A stretch of DNA of 64,000 bases from positions 67,234 to 131,233 of the forward strand of contig CALUCD010000006.1 in assembly GCA_943914465.1 (NCBI GenBank), in the 5' to 3' direction. The notes beneath the pieces are model-generated. The model was not told where the DNA came from. It did no database searches and saw only the letters and a program-made list of their open reading frames with translations. Positions within the stretch are counted from its first letter, which is position 1; each line of letters begins with the position of its first letter. A program made the position numbers and the translations under genes. Origin of the DNA: an uncultured Corynebacterium sp. (GTDB taxonomy: Bacteria > Actinomycetota > Actinomycetes > Mycobacteriales > Mycobacteriaceae). Below are positions 46,649 to 56,050 of this stretch, in pieces.

Positions 46649-48004
46649 TTATCGGGTTGCGGTGGGAATGTGCGACGCCGGCTGCCAGATGAAATGGCCG
46701 CTCCTTTGTAAAGCCGTGTGCTCGTGTCCAAGCGGAATGCCGTTTCGCTCTCGTAGGCACACCGCTGCCAGAAGTCCAAGAAGCGACGCGGTCACGAGGT
46801 AGATGGTGATGGACCATGTTGTACCGGTAGACGCGTAGAGCGATGCGGCAATCGTGGGAGCGAAAGCGCCGCCCAGGATCGAACCGAGCGCGTAGGAAAT
46901 TGAAGCGCCAGACGCACGCACTTCCGTCGGGAAAATCTCCGCGAATGTGGCCCCTGTCTGCCCGTAGGTCAGGCCCAGACCCACAGCTAGGAAACAGAGC
47001 GAGAGGTAGATATTTGCCAGCGAGCCAGTGTTCACCAGGGGGAAGAGGGCCACAGCTCCGGCTGCCTGGACGATAAAACCAATGATGTAGGTCATGCGCC
47101 TACCGATGTAATCTGAGATGAATCCAGCGAAGGCAGTGCTAAGTAGCCAAACCACTGCGGAAACAGTCACTGCAAGCAAGATGTCGCCACGATCAAGGGC
47201 AAGACCGTCTTCACGGGTGGTGTAGTTCTGGATGTAGCCACCGGTAGTCATATAACCCACGGTGCCGTTTGCGGCGAACAGCAGCGCAGTAACGATGACC
47301 AGCGGGGTGTAGTTGCTGAACAGTGTGCCGATTGGATTTTTGGTTTCGACCTTCCTGATCTCCGTCATCTCCTCGAACACGGGAGACTCATCTACTCCCT
47401 TGCGGATGTAAAACCCGATCAGGACGAGCACGGCGGAGAAGAGGAACGGCACACGCCAGCCCCACTCCATGAATGCATCACCAGGCGCGATCACATTCAT
47501 GAGCGCTAACGCTGCTGAGGAGACGAGGAGGCCAAGCGGCACACCTGTTTGCGGGCCTGCTCCGTAGAGGCCTCGTTTGCTAGGAGGTGCGTGCTCGACT
47601 GCGAGCAGAACCGCAGAACCCCATTCGCCACCTGCGGAAATGCCTTGCACGATTCGTAGGAGGATCAGCAGGGTGGGTGCCCACACCCCGATCGTTTCGT
47701 AGGTGGGCAAAAGACCAATCAGCGTTGTGGCCGCACCCATTGCGATCAGGGTGATCATCAACGGGATGCGTCGACCGTAGCGGTCAGCAAAGTGGCCGAC
47801 GAGAAAAGCTCCCAAGGGGCGGAACAGGAATGAAAGTCCCATGGTGAGGAACGCGACAATGGTTGCTGCGTCTGATCCGAAGCCGGCAAACATCAGCTGG
47901 TTGAACACCAGACCTGCGGTGGCAGCGTACAGAAAGTAGTCGTACCACTCGATTGCGGTGCCGATGGTGGTAGCAGCTACTACTCTGCCGCGTTCTTGAG
48001 TCAT
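46649..48004 (-). CDS. MFS transporter, metabolite:H+ symporter (MHS) family; putative aromatic acid permease
   Basis: IEWYDYFLYA signature, 12 TM profile, cotranscribed upstream of the hydroxylase. Start may be 48004 or 48040. Confidence 0.75.
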   Translation of the reverse strand: MTQERGRVVAATTIGTAIEWYDYFLYAATAGLVFNQLMFAGFGSDAATIVAFLTMGLSFLFRPLGAFLVGHFADRYGRRIPLMITLIAMGAATTLIGLLPTYETIGVWAPTLLILLRIVQGISAGGEWGSAVLLAVEHAPPSKRGLYGAGPQTGVPLGLLVSSAALALMNVIAPGDAFMEWGWRVPFLFSAVLVLIGFYIRKGVDESPVFEEMTEIRKVETKNPIGTLFSNYTPLVIVTALLFAANGTVGYMTTGGYIQNYTTREDGLALDRGDILLAVTVSAVVWLLSTAFAGFISDYIGRRMTYIIGFIVQAAGAVALFPLVNTGSLANIYLSLCFLAVGLGLTYGQTGATFAEIFPTEVRASGASISYALGSILGGAFAPTIAASLYASTGTTWSITIYLVTASLLGLLAAVCLRERNGIPLGHEHTALQRSGHFIWQPASHIPTATR

Positions 48005-48178
48005 TGCAATATCGGAGGGCGAGTGTGTCTCAGAGGCCACCTGAATCCATCCTTTCGGTTATGTCGTACGTCTCGATATTTGCCTGTATGTGATTTGAAC
48101 CACTTGTGTTGCCAGGAATGATAATATACGATCAGGGGCACATTGCAAGGCCTTCTTTCATCAAAGGAGTTCCATCGA

Positions 48179-49651
48179 ATGGTGCAAGTACCTCCACTAC
48201 CGGTTGTGCCCGGCAAGATTATTGCCGTGCATGTTGCTTTTGAGTCGCGTGCCGCCCAACGTGGCAGGCGACCAAAGCAACCCTCATATTTTTTGAAAGC
48301 AACCAGCTCACTGGCTGGAACGCAGAGCGAAGTAGTTCGTCCTCAGGGCTGCGAGCTCCTCGCTTTCGAGGGTGAAATCGCACTCATTATCGGTAAGGCT
48401 GCACACCGTGTGCCGGTGGAAAAGGCGTGGGATCACGTCGCCTGGGTGACCGCTTCGAACGATCTAGGCATATACGATTACCGCGCGCAGGATAAGGGCT
48501 CCAACACCAGATCGAAATCGCGCGATGGTTATACCCCCATCGGGCCTGAACTGATCGATGCCCGCGCTGTCGGCCCAGACGCATTCCGGATCCGCACCTG
48601 GGTAAACAATGAGCTCGTGCAGGAGGGCACCACCTCCGAAGATGACCTCATCTTCTCGCTGCCGCAGTTCGTTGCGGACCTATCTCAGCACATGACGCTT
48701 GCAGAGGGCGACATTATTCTCACTGGCACCCCGGCTGGATCCACCGTTATCGTTCCGGGTGATGTGGTTGAAGTTGAGGTCGACGCACCGCACGCCGAGG
48801 GCAGCCCAACATCGGGACGACTGATAACCACCGTCGTCGAGGGGCCGGGCGACTTTGATGCATTGATAGGCATGCTGCCCTCGATTGACGATAAGCAGCG
48901 CGAGGATGCCTACGGCAGCCGCGCTGCAGCTGGCCTTCCTGAGAACCCAAACGCAATCAGTGAGCAGCTGCGAGAAAAGCTCATGCAGGCCCCCACCGCG
49001 GGCCTGTCCGCAGAGCTCCGCAACCGCGGGCTCAACCAAGTCGTCATCGAGGGTGTGTTCCCGCAGGACCCAGCCACAAAGATGGTGGGACCAGCACGTA
49101 CGCTGCGCTTTGTACCTGAACGCGAAGACCTGTTCAAGTCACACGGTGGCGGCTACAACGCGCAAAAACGGGCCTTTGACAGCCTGCGGGAGGGTGAAGT
49201 GCTGGTCATCGAGGCACGGCGTGGCGCCGAATCTGGCACCCTGGGTGACATTCTCGCCCTGCGCGCCCGTCACTTGGGGGCAGCTGGTGTGGTCACCGAC
49301 GGCTGTGTGCGTGACTACGCTGCGGTCAAAGAGATCGGGCTGCCTGTGTTTACGCAGGGGCCGCACCCCGCAGTCTTGGGCCGACGTCACGTACCGTGGG
49401 ATGCCGATATTGCCGTGGCATGCGGCAACGCCACGGTAGTGCCGGGTGACATCATCGTCGGCGACTCGGATGGTGTGGTTGTCATTCCCCGTGACATCGC
49501 TGAAGAGGTCGCGGATAAGGCACTGGCCAAAGAACGTGAGGACGAGTGGGTCGCCGAGCAGATCGCGGCGGGCGCCAAGCTTGACGGCATGTTCCCGCCC
49601 ACGGGAGAAAACCGCACGGCCTATGAACGCTACGCTGGGGGCGAGCAGTGA
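48179..49651 (+). CDS. Fusion protein: N-terminal FAH-family domain (HpaG-like HHDD isomerase/OPET decarboxylase type) + C-terminal RraA-like (class II aldolase/decarboxylase-like) domain
   Basis: aa about 1-230 are FAH-like (ALIIGKAAH..., GDIILTGTPAG); aa about 270-490 match the RraA/HMG-CPH aldolase family (GDILALRARHLGAAGVVTDGCVRD, GDIIVGDSDGVVVIP). ATG with AAAGGAG 8 nt upstream. First gene of the hpa operon. Confidence 0.7.
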   Translation: MVQVPPLPVVPGKIIAVHVAFESRAAQRGRRPKQPSYFLKATSSLAGTQSEVVRPQGCELLAFEGEIALIIGKAAHRVPVEKAWDHVAWVTASNDLGIYDYRAQDKGSNTRSKSRDGYTPIGPELIDARAVGPDAFRIRTWVNNELVQEGTTSEDDLIFSLPQFVADLSQHMTLAEGDIILTGTPAGSTVIVPGDVVEVEVDAPHAEGSPTSGRLITTVVEGPGDFDALIGMLPSIDDKQREDAYGSRAAAGLPENPNAISEQLREKLMQAPTAGLSAELRNRGLNQVVIEGVFPQDPATKMVGPARTLRFVPEREDLFKSHGGGYNAQKRAFDSLREGEVLVIEARRGAESGTLGDILALRARHLGAAGVVTDGCVRDYAAVKEIGLPVFTQGPHPAVLGRRHVPWDADIAVACGNATVVPGDIIVGDSDGVVVIPRDIAEEVADKALAKEREDEWVAEQIAAGAKLDGMFPPTGENRTAYERYAGGEQ

Positions 49652-50337
49652 CTGTGGTTGAGACGCATACTCCGCCTGCGAAATCCAAGGCGGAGTTGTC
49701 CTACGACTGGATTCGCGAGCGCATCCGCGTGCGCGATTTCGAACCCGGTTATCGCCTTGTGCTTTCGCAAATCGCCGATGAGCTTGACGTGAGCGTGGTG
49801 CCGGTGCGCGAGGCAATCCGCCAGCTCGAGGCGGAGGGGCTAGTCACCTACGAGCACAACGTCGGCGCTCGCGTCTCCGAGCTCAACCGCCGCTCCTATT
49901 ACGAACTTATGGAGTCGGTAGCGGTGCTCGAGGCGGCAGCTACCGCGCTTTCGGCGCCCTTGCTTGAAGACGTTGCCCTGCACCGCGCCCACGCCCTCAA
50001 CGAAGACATGCGCGTGCTTCTTAGTGACTTCGACCCAGTGGAGTTCACCAGGCTCAACCAGGAGTTTCACCAGACACTGTTCTCGGCGTGTCCGAATCAG
50101 CGTCTGGTGTCGCTCGTGCACCGGGAGTGGGAAGAACTCGACCGCTACCGGGTGTCGACATTTCGCTACGTTCCCGAGCGTGCGGAGGCGTCGGTTGCCG
50201 AACATGACCAGCTCGTATCCCTCATCGTCGCCAACGCGTCACCGCACGTCATCGAGGACATAGCCCGCAACCATCGACTGAAGACCAAAGACGCCTATAA
50301 ACACAGTTCTCACCGTTTGACCTCAAAGGAGAAATAG
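49648..50337 (+). CDS. GntR family (FadR/FCD subfamily) transcriptional regulator of the hpa operon
   Basis: N-terminal wHTH (LVLSQIADELDVSVVPVREAIRQLEAEGLV) and a C-terminal FCD domain. GTG start overlapping the upstream stop. Confidence 0.75.
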   Translation: MTVVETHTPPAKSKAELSYDWIRERIRVRDFEPGYRLVLSQIADELDVSVVPVREAIRQLEAEGLVTYEHNVGARVSELNRRSYYELMESVAVLEAAATALSAPLLEDVALHRAHALNEDMRVLLSDFDPVEFTRLNQEFHQTLFSACPNQRLVSLVHREWEELDRYRVSTFRYVPERAEASVAEHDQLVSLIVANASPHVIEDIARNHRLKTKDAYKHSSHRLTSKEK

Positions 50338-50342
50338 ACACC

Positions 50343-51842
50343 ATGGCCAAGCCGAACAACCTGCCCGATAAGATCTTGCACTACATCAACGGGGAATTCG
50401 TTTCCTCGATCGACGGTGACGAATTCGATGTCATCGACCCAGTGACCAACCAGCCATACATCAAAGCGGCATCCGGAAAGCCTGAGGACATTGATGCTGC
50501 GGTCGCGGCCGCGAAGGCTGCGTTTGCGGACGGAGAGTGGTCCAAGGCGTTGCCGCGCCAGCGTGCTCGAGTGCTGCACAAAATCGCAGACATTGTGGAA
50601 ACCCGAAACGACACACTGGCCGAATGGGAATCGTTCGACTCCGGCCTGCCAATCTCACAGGCGAAAGGCCAAGCAGCGCGCGCAGCAGAGAATTTCCGCT
50701 TCTTCGCGGATCTCATCGTCGCCCAAACCGATGACGCTTTCAAGGTGCCGGGCCGCCAAATCAACTACGTGAACCGGAAACCGATCGGCGTGGCCGGTCT
50801 CATCACCCCGTGGAACACCCCGTTCATGCTTGAGTCGTGGAAGTTGGCGCCGGCCATTGCCACTGGTAACTGCGTTGTGCTCAAGCCAGCTGAGTTCACC
50901 CCACTGTCCGCGCAGCTGTGGGCCGGCATCTTCGAAGAGGCTGGCCTGCCTAAAGGGGTGTTCAACCTGGTCAACGGCTTCGGCGAAGAAGGTTTTGCGG
51001 GTGACCCGCTGGTGAAACACCCAGACGTGCCGCTGATCTCTTTTACTGGCGAGTCCCGTACCGGCCAGATCATCTTCGCCAACGCGGCCCCATACCTCAA
51101 AGGATTATCCATGGAGCTCGGCGGCAAATCCCCGGCAGTGGTGTTCGAAGACGCCGACTTGGACATCGCTATTGACGCCACCATTTTCGGCGTGTTTTCG
51201 CTCAACGGTGAGCGCTGCACCGCCGGCTCTCGCATCCTGGTGCAGCGCTCAATCTATGACGAATTCGTCGAGCGCTACGCTGCCCAAGCCTCCCGAGTGA
51301 AAGTGGGATTGCCGTCTGACCCAACCACCGAAGTCGGTGCGCTGGTCCACCCGGAGCACTACGACAAGGTGATGAGCTATATCGAAATTGGTAAGCAGGA
51401 AGCTCGCCTGGTGGCTGGCGGCGGACGCCCGGAGGGGTTCGACGAGGGAAACTTCGTTGCTCCCACCGTCTTTGTTGACGTAGCACCCGATGCCCGTATC
51501 TTCCAGGAAGAGATCTTCGGCCCGGTTGTGGCTATCACACCGTTTGATACCGAAGAAGAAGCGCTGGAGCTGGCAAACAACACGAGCTACGGGCTGGCTG
51601 CCTACATCTGGACATCCGACCTGCAGCGCGCCCACAACTTCGCCCAGAACGTCGAAGCCGGCATGGTGTGGATGAACTCGAACAACGTACGCGACCTGCG
51701 CACCCCCTTCGGCGGTGTGAAGGCCTCCGGCCTCGGCCACGAGGGTGGCTACCGCTCCATCGATTTCTACACGGACCAGCAAGCCGTGCACGTCAACCTG
51801 GGGGAGGTACACAACCCAGTCTTCGGCAAACAGCAGCCGTAG
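50343..51842 (+). CDS. hpaE: 5-carboxymethyl-2-hydroxymuconate semialdehyde dehydrogenase
   Basis: ALDH superfamily (ELGGKSP, catalytic Cys region GERCTAGSR) in the hpa operon context. AAAGGAG RBS. Confidence 0.8.
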   Translation: MAKPNNLPDKILHYINGEFVSSIDGDEFDVIDPVTNQPYIKAASGKPEDIDAAVAAAKAAFADGEWSKALPRQRARVLHKIADIVETRNDTLAEWESFDSGLPISQAKGQAARAAENFRFFADLIVAQTDDAFKVPGRQINYVNRKPIGVAGLITPWNTPFMLESWKLAPAIATGNCVVLKPAEFTPLSAQLWAGIFEEAGLPKGVFNLVNGFGEEGFAGDPLVKHPDVPLISFTGESRTGQIIFANAAPYLKGLSMELGGKSPAVVFEDADLDIAIDATIFGVFSLNGERCTAGSRILVQRSIYDEFVERYAAQASRVKVGLPSDPTTEVGALVHPEHYDKVMSYIEIGKQEARLVAGGGRPEGFDEGNFVAPTVFVDVAPDARIFQEEIFGPVVAITPFDTEEEALELANNTSYGLAAYIWTSDLQRAHNFAQNVEAGMVWMNSNNVRDLRTPFGGVKASGLGHEGGYRSIDFYTDQQAVHVNLGEVHNPVFGKQQP

Positions 51843-51910
51843 AGCATCAAGACACCCGCCACCATCCAACACAGCATCTGAGACAGCACCCGACAAGGAG
51901 CCCCTGCGAA

Positions 51911-52993
51911 ATGACCGCCCAAGCCCCCGATATCCTGCGCTGCGCCTACATGGAGATCATTGTTACCGACCTTGCCGAGTCCCGCCGCTTCTACGTGGAC
52001 ACTCTCGGCTTGGTGGTCACCTACGAAGACGATGAAAGCATCTACCTGCGCACATTCGAAGAATTCATCCACCACAATCTCGTTCTTCGCCAAGGCGACG
52101 AGGCTGCGGTTGCCGCGTTCTCCTACCGCGTACGTGCGCCGGAAGACCTGGATCTTGCCGTGGCGTTCTACCAAGAGCGCGGCTGCCGCGTCGAGCGCAA
52201 CCCGCACGGTTTTGTCCGCGGCATCGGCGACTCCGTGCGGGTTATGGACCCACTTGGTTTCCCATACGAATTCTTCCACGACGTGGAGCACGTCGAGCGC
52301 CTTGCCTGGGCTTATGACGCACACATCCCAGGTGCGCTGGTACGCCTAGACCACTTCAACCAGATCACTCCGGATGTTCCCTCCGCGGTGGACTACATGG
52401 AAGATCTCGGCTTCCGGATCACGGAGGACATCCGTGACGCGGAAGGTACCGTCTACGCCGCATGGATGCGTCGCAAAGCAACTGTGCACGATACTGCAAT
52501 GACCGGCGGCGACGGCCCGCGCATGCACCACATTGCGTTTGCTACGCACGAAAAGCACAACATCATTGCGATCTGTGACAAACTCGGCGCGCTGCGCGAG
52601 TCTGATCGCATCGAGCGTGGCCCCGGGCGCCACGGCGTGTCGAATGCGTACTACCTCTACCTGCGCGACCCGGACGGCCACCGGGTGGAAATCTACACCC
52701 AGGATTACTACACCGGCGACCCAGACAACCCGGTAGTGACCTGGGATGTGCACGACAACCAGCGCCGCGACTGGTGGGGCACACCGGTCGTGCCGTCGTG
52801 GTACACCGACGGTTCACGGGTTCTCGACCTCGACGGCAAGGTCGTGGAACTGACCACACGCACCGACAAGTCCGAAATGGAAGAAACGATCGGCGCCGAC
52901 GGCTTTTCCTACACCCGACCGGAGGATGCAGATGAAAAAGGCGACATGCCGGAGTGGAAACAAGGCGAATACAAACTCGGACACAGTCTTTAA
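51911..52993 (+). CDS. hpaD: 3,4-dihydroxyphenylacetate (homoprotocatechuate) 2,3-dioxygenase, type I extradiol dioxygenase
   Basis: About 360 aa two-module vicinal-oxygen-chelate fold, operon context. ATG at 51911 with AAGGAG upstream; the ORF-track 5' extension is rejected. Confidence 0.75.
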   Translation: MTAQAPDILRCAYMEIIVTDLAESRRFYVDTLGLVVTYEDDESIYLRTFEEFIHHNLVLRQGDEAAVAAFSYRVRAPEDLDLAVAFYQERGCRVERNPHGFVRGIGDSVRVMDPLGFPYEFFHDVEHVERLAWAYDAHIPGALVRLDHFNQITPDVPSAVDYMEDLGFRITEDIRDAEGTVYAAWMRRKATVHDTAMTGGDGPRMHHIAFATHEKHNIIAICDKLGALRESDRIERGPGRHGVSNAYYLYLRDPDGHRVEIYTQDYYTGDPDNPVVTWDVHDNQRRDWWGTPVVPSWYTDGSRVLDLDGKVVELTTRTDKSEMEETIGADGFSYTRPEDADEKGDMPEWKQGEYKLGHSL

Positions 52994-53017
52994 AAAAGTT
53001 GAGGAGGGGATTGATCC

Positions 53018-53803
53018 ATGTTGGACAAGGACACGATTCGGTCAATCGCTGACGAGCTCGCCGCGGCAGAAGCCAACCGCTCAATGGTTCCGCTGCTCAC
53101 CGCCCGCTATTCCGCGATGGAGGTCGAAGACAGCTACGCGGTGCAGGCTGAATGGGTGCGCCGCGGGCAGGAGGCTGGCCGCCGGCTTGTAGGCCACAAA
53201 ATCGGCCTGACATCTAAAGTGATGCAGGAAGCCACCGGGATCACCGAGCCCGATTACGGTGCGATATTCGCAGACATGGTGTATGAAAACGGTGCGCACA
53301 TCGAGTGCAACAAGTTTTCTAATGTCCGCATCGAAGTAGAACTTGCGTTCGTTTTAGACAAAGACCTCAGTGGACCTGACACCACCATTTTCGACGTCCT
53401 TGAGGCCACGAAGTACGTGGTGCCGGCACTAGAAATCCTGTCGTCGCGCATTGAGATGCAAGGGCGCACCATCGTTGACACGATCGCCGACAACGCCGCG
53501 ATGGGCGCGATGGTCTACGGGGGCAACCCGGTGGCCCCGGATGCTGTTGATCTGCGCTGGTGCTCCGCGTTGCTGTATCGCAACGAAGCGATCGAAGATA
53601 CCGGTGTTGCCGCTGCCGTATTAAACCACCCAGCAATGGGCGTCGCGTGGCTGGCGAACAAACTGCACCAACATGGCACGGTGTTGCAGGCGGGAGAAAT
53701 TGTGCTCGCCGGCTCATTTACCAAGCCGATGTGGGTTGAGCCAGGCGACACGGTGCACGCAGACTACAACGAACTGGGAGCAATTACATGCCGTTTCATT
53801 TAA
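53018..53803 (+). CDS. hpaH: 2-oxo-hept-4-ene-1,7-dioate hydratase
   Basis: HpaH/MhpD hydratase-decarboxylase family (261 aa) between hpaD and hpaI. GAGGAGGGG RBS. Confidence 0.75.
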   Translation: MLDKDTIRSIADELAAAEANRSMVPLLTARYSAMEVEDSYAVQAEWVRRGQEAGRRLVGHKIGLTSKVMQEATGITEPDYGAIFADMVYENGAHIECNKFSNVRIEVELAFVLDKDLSGPDTTIFDVLEATKYVVPALEILSSRIEMQGRTIVDTIADNAAMGAMVYGGNPVAPDAVDLRWCSALLYRNEAIEDTGVAAAVLNHPAMGVAWLANKLHQHGTVLQAGEIVLAGSFTKPMWVEPGDTVHADYNELGAITCRFI

Positions 53804-54582
53804 CGTTGCCGGCGACGTTGCCGCAGCGAATCGTTGCTCAGCAACCGCTTGTGGGTGCTTGGGTATCGTCAGGTTCTGATACCGCCGCCGAGATCATCGC
53901 CACAGCAGGCTTTGATTGGGTGCTTATCGACGCAGAGCATTCCCCATATGGGTTGGAAACCGTTACCTCGCTGCTGCGGGCAACCAACGGCACTGCGGCA
54001 ACCCCAGTCGTGCGGCTGCCACAGGGCGATACCGCGCTGATCAAACAGTACCTGGATCTAGGCGCGCAAAACCTCATGATTCCAATGGTGCACACCGTCG
54101 AAGATGCGCAACGCATCGTCGCGGCGATGCACTATCCGCCGCGCGGTGTACGGGGTGTGGGCTCTGCTCTCGCGCGCTCTTCACGGTGGAATGGGGTTAA
54201 GAACTACCTGGCAAATGCATCCGACACGATTAGTCTCACCGTGCAGATCGAATCTGCACAAGCAGTGGAAAACGCTGCCGAAATCGCCGCTCTTGACGGT
54301 GTCGATGCTGTGTTCGTGGGACCTGCCGACCTTGCGGCATCCATGGGTCTGCTCGGACAACCAGCACACCCAGACGTCGTGGCAGCTGTGGAGCACACAT
54401 TTCGCGCCGTGCTTGACGCAGGCAAACCAGTCGGAGTCAACACATTTGACACCACACAGGCGAAGAAATACCTCGAAGCGGGCGCTTCATTCGTGTGTGT
54501 TGGCGCCGATGTGCAACTTCTTGCAAACTCAGCGCGCACCTTGGCGGCAACGTTTGATGACCATCGCAATGGTGCCAACTAA
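53788..54582 (+). CDS. hpaI: 4-hydroxy-2-oxoheptanedioate (2,4-dihydroxyhept-2-ene-1,7-dioate) aldolase
   Basis: HpcH/HpaI class II aldolase family (LIDAEHSPY, VRLP, PMV). Overlaps the hpaH stop. Confidence 0.8.
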   Translation: MPFHLTLPATLPQRIVAQQPLVGAWVSSGSDTAAEIIATAGFDWVLIDAEHSPYGLETVTSLLRATNGTAATPVVRLPQGDTALIKQYLDLGAQNLMIPMVHTVEDAQRIVAAMHYPPRGVRGVGSALARSSRWNGVKNYLANASDTISLTVQIESAQAVENAAEIAALDGVDAVFVGPADLAASMGLLGQPAHPDVVAAVEHTFRAVLDAGKPVGVNTFDTTQAKKYLEAGASFVCVGADVQLLANSARTLAATFDDHRNGAN

Positions 54583-54688
54583 CTCCAAGGAAACAACCAA
54601 TGCCGAATAGCGAGTTAGTTAGTGAACAAAGTAGAAAAGCGCCTGTAATCTCAACGGAGAGCGGAAGGACGGCTCGGAGGGCGAAGCG

Positions 54689-56014
54689 ATGCACAATTCT
54701 TCTCCAGCAGGCACTGCGACGCCGACAGCGGCGGCGGAGCGGATGACCCCAGGGTCGCGCAAGGCACTGTTCGCAGCGGTGACCGGAACTGTCATCGAGT
54801 GGTATGACTACGCGTTGTACGGTGCTGCCGCTGGCGTAGTCATCGGCCCGTTATTCTTCCACGGCACCGAAGCTGGGACCACAATCGCGGCGTTTGCCAC
54901 CTTCGCCGTCGGGTTTGTTGCCAGGCCGCTCGGGGGTCTGTTGGTTGGTTACCTCGGTGACCGGTACGGGCGTCGGCTGGCGATGCTGCTCACCATGTTG
55001 ATGATGGCGGTGGCCACCGTCGGCATTGGACTGTTGCCCACAGCACAGTCCATCGGCGTGCTAGCACCGGTTCTTCTGGTGGCCCTCCGGTTATTGCAAG
55101 GCATGGGCGCAGGTGCGGAACTCGCTGGCGCAATGACCATCGTGGCCGAGTTCGCACCTTCCTCGAAACGCGGGCTATTGACATCTTTTGTACTGGCCAC
55201 GCCACCGCTTGGCATCTCGTTAGCTACTTTGGCTTTTCTTGGGGTGTCTGCACTCGGCGATCAGGCCCTCATGTCATGGGCGTGGCGGGTGCCATTTTTG
55301 GCGTCGGCGGTACTGTTCATTTTGGCCATCTGGGTGAGGCGGCAACTCGAAGAGACCCCGGAGTACCTGCTTGCACAGCAGCGCGTGCAGGGGCGCGGGG
55401 AGCGCGACCGCGTTCCCGTTTCAACGTTGCTCACCAATCACGCACGGGGTTTGTTTTCTGGATTCCTGGCGATGACGGGCCACAATGCAGTCAACTACGC
55501 ACTTGCCGTGTTCGCCATCTCGCTCATGGCCTCCGAGGCAGTTGGGTTGACCCGCAGCGCGGCACTTACTGCGGTGACATTGGGCTCACTAGTGGGGGTA
55601 ATCACCACACCAGTCGGCGGATTCTTCAGCGACCGCCTCGGATCCGGACGTACCGTGGCGCTTGGCTCAGCTGCCGGAGTGGTCACCGCGTACCCAATTT
55701 TGCTCATGCTCACCTCCGGCAACGCATTTATCGGAGGTCTCGGGGTTGCGCTTGGTTACGCACTGGTGATCACGTTCACCGCGGGCGGACAGGGAGCATA
55801 CCTTGCCAGCCTGTTCCCGCCGCGCGAACGCATGAGCGGGATTGCCCTTGCGCGCGAGTGCAACGGTGCGCTTGTCGCGGGTTTTACCCCGTTGATGCTG
55901 ACCTGGCTGCTTGAAATCGGCGGCGGCATTATACTGCCGGCAGTCTACCTAGCCATGTGCTGTGCGCTGTCTATTCTCGCGGTCGTTATCAGCCCTACCA
56001 GCCAGCGCTACTAA
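54689..56014 (+). CDS. MFS transporter, metabolite:H+ symporter (MHS) family; candidate 4-hydroxyphenylacetate/aromatic acid permease
   Basis: IEWYDYALYG signature, 12 TM profile, immediately downstream of hpaI. Confidence 0.75.
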   Translation: MHNSSPAGTATPTAAAERMTPGSRKALFAAVTGTVIEWYDYALYGAAAGVVIGPLFFHGTEAGTTIAAFATFAVGFVARPLGGLLVGYLGDRYGRRLAMLLTMLMMAVATVGIGLLPTAQSIGVLAPVLLVALRLLQGMGAGAELAGAMTIVAEFAPSSKRGLLTSFVLATPPLGISLATLAFLGVSALGDQALMSWAWRVPFLASAVLFILAIWVRRQLEETPEYLLAQQRVQGRGERDRVPVSTLLTNHARGLFSGFLAMTGHNAVNYALAVFAISLMASEAVGLTRSAALTAVTLGSLVGVITTPVGGFFSDRLGSGRTVALGSAAGVVTAYPILLMLTSGNAFIGGLGVALGYALVITFTAGGQGAYLASLFPPRERMSGIALARECNGALVAGFTPLMLTWLLEIGGGIILPAVYLAMCCALSILAVVISPTSQRY

Positions 56015-56050
56015 ACTCCTAGAACATTCGGCAAGGAAGGAATATGCACC

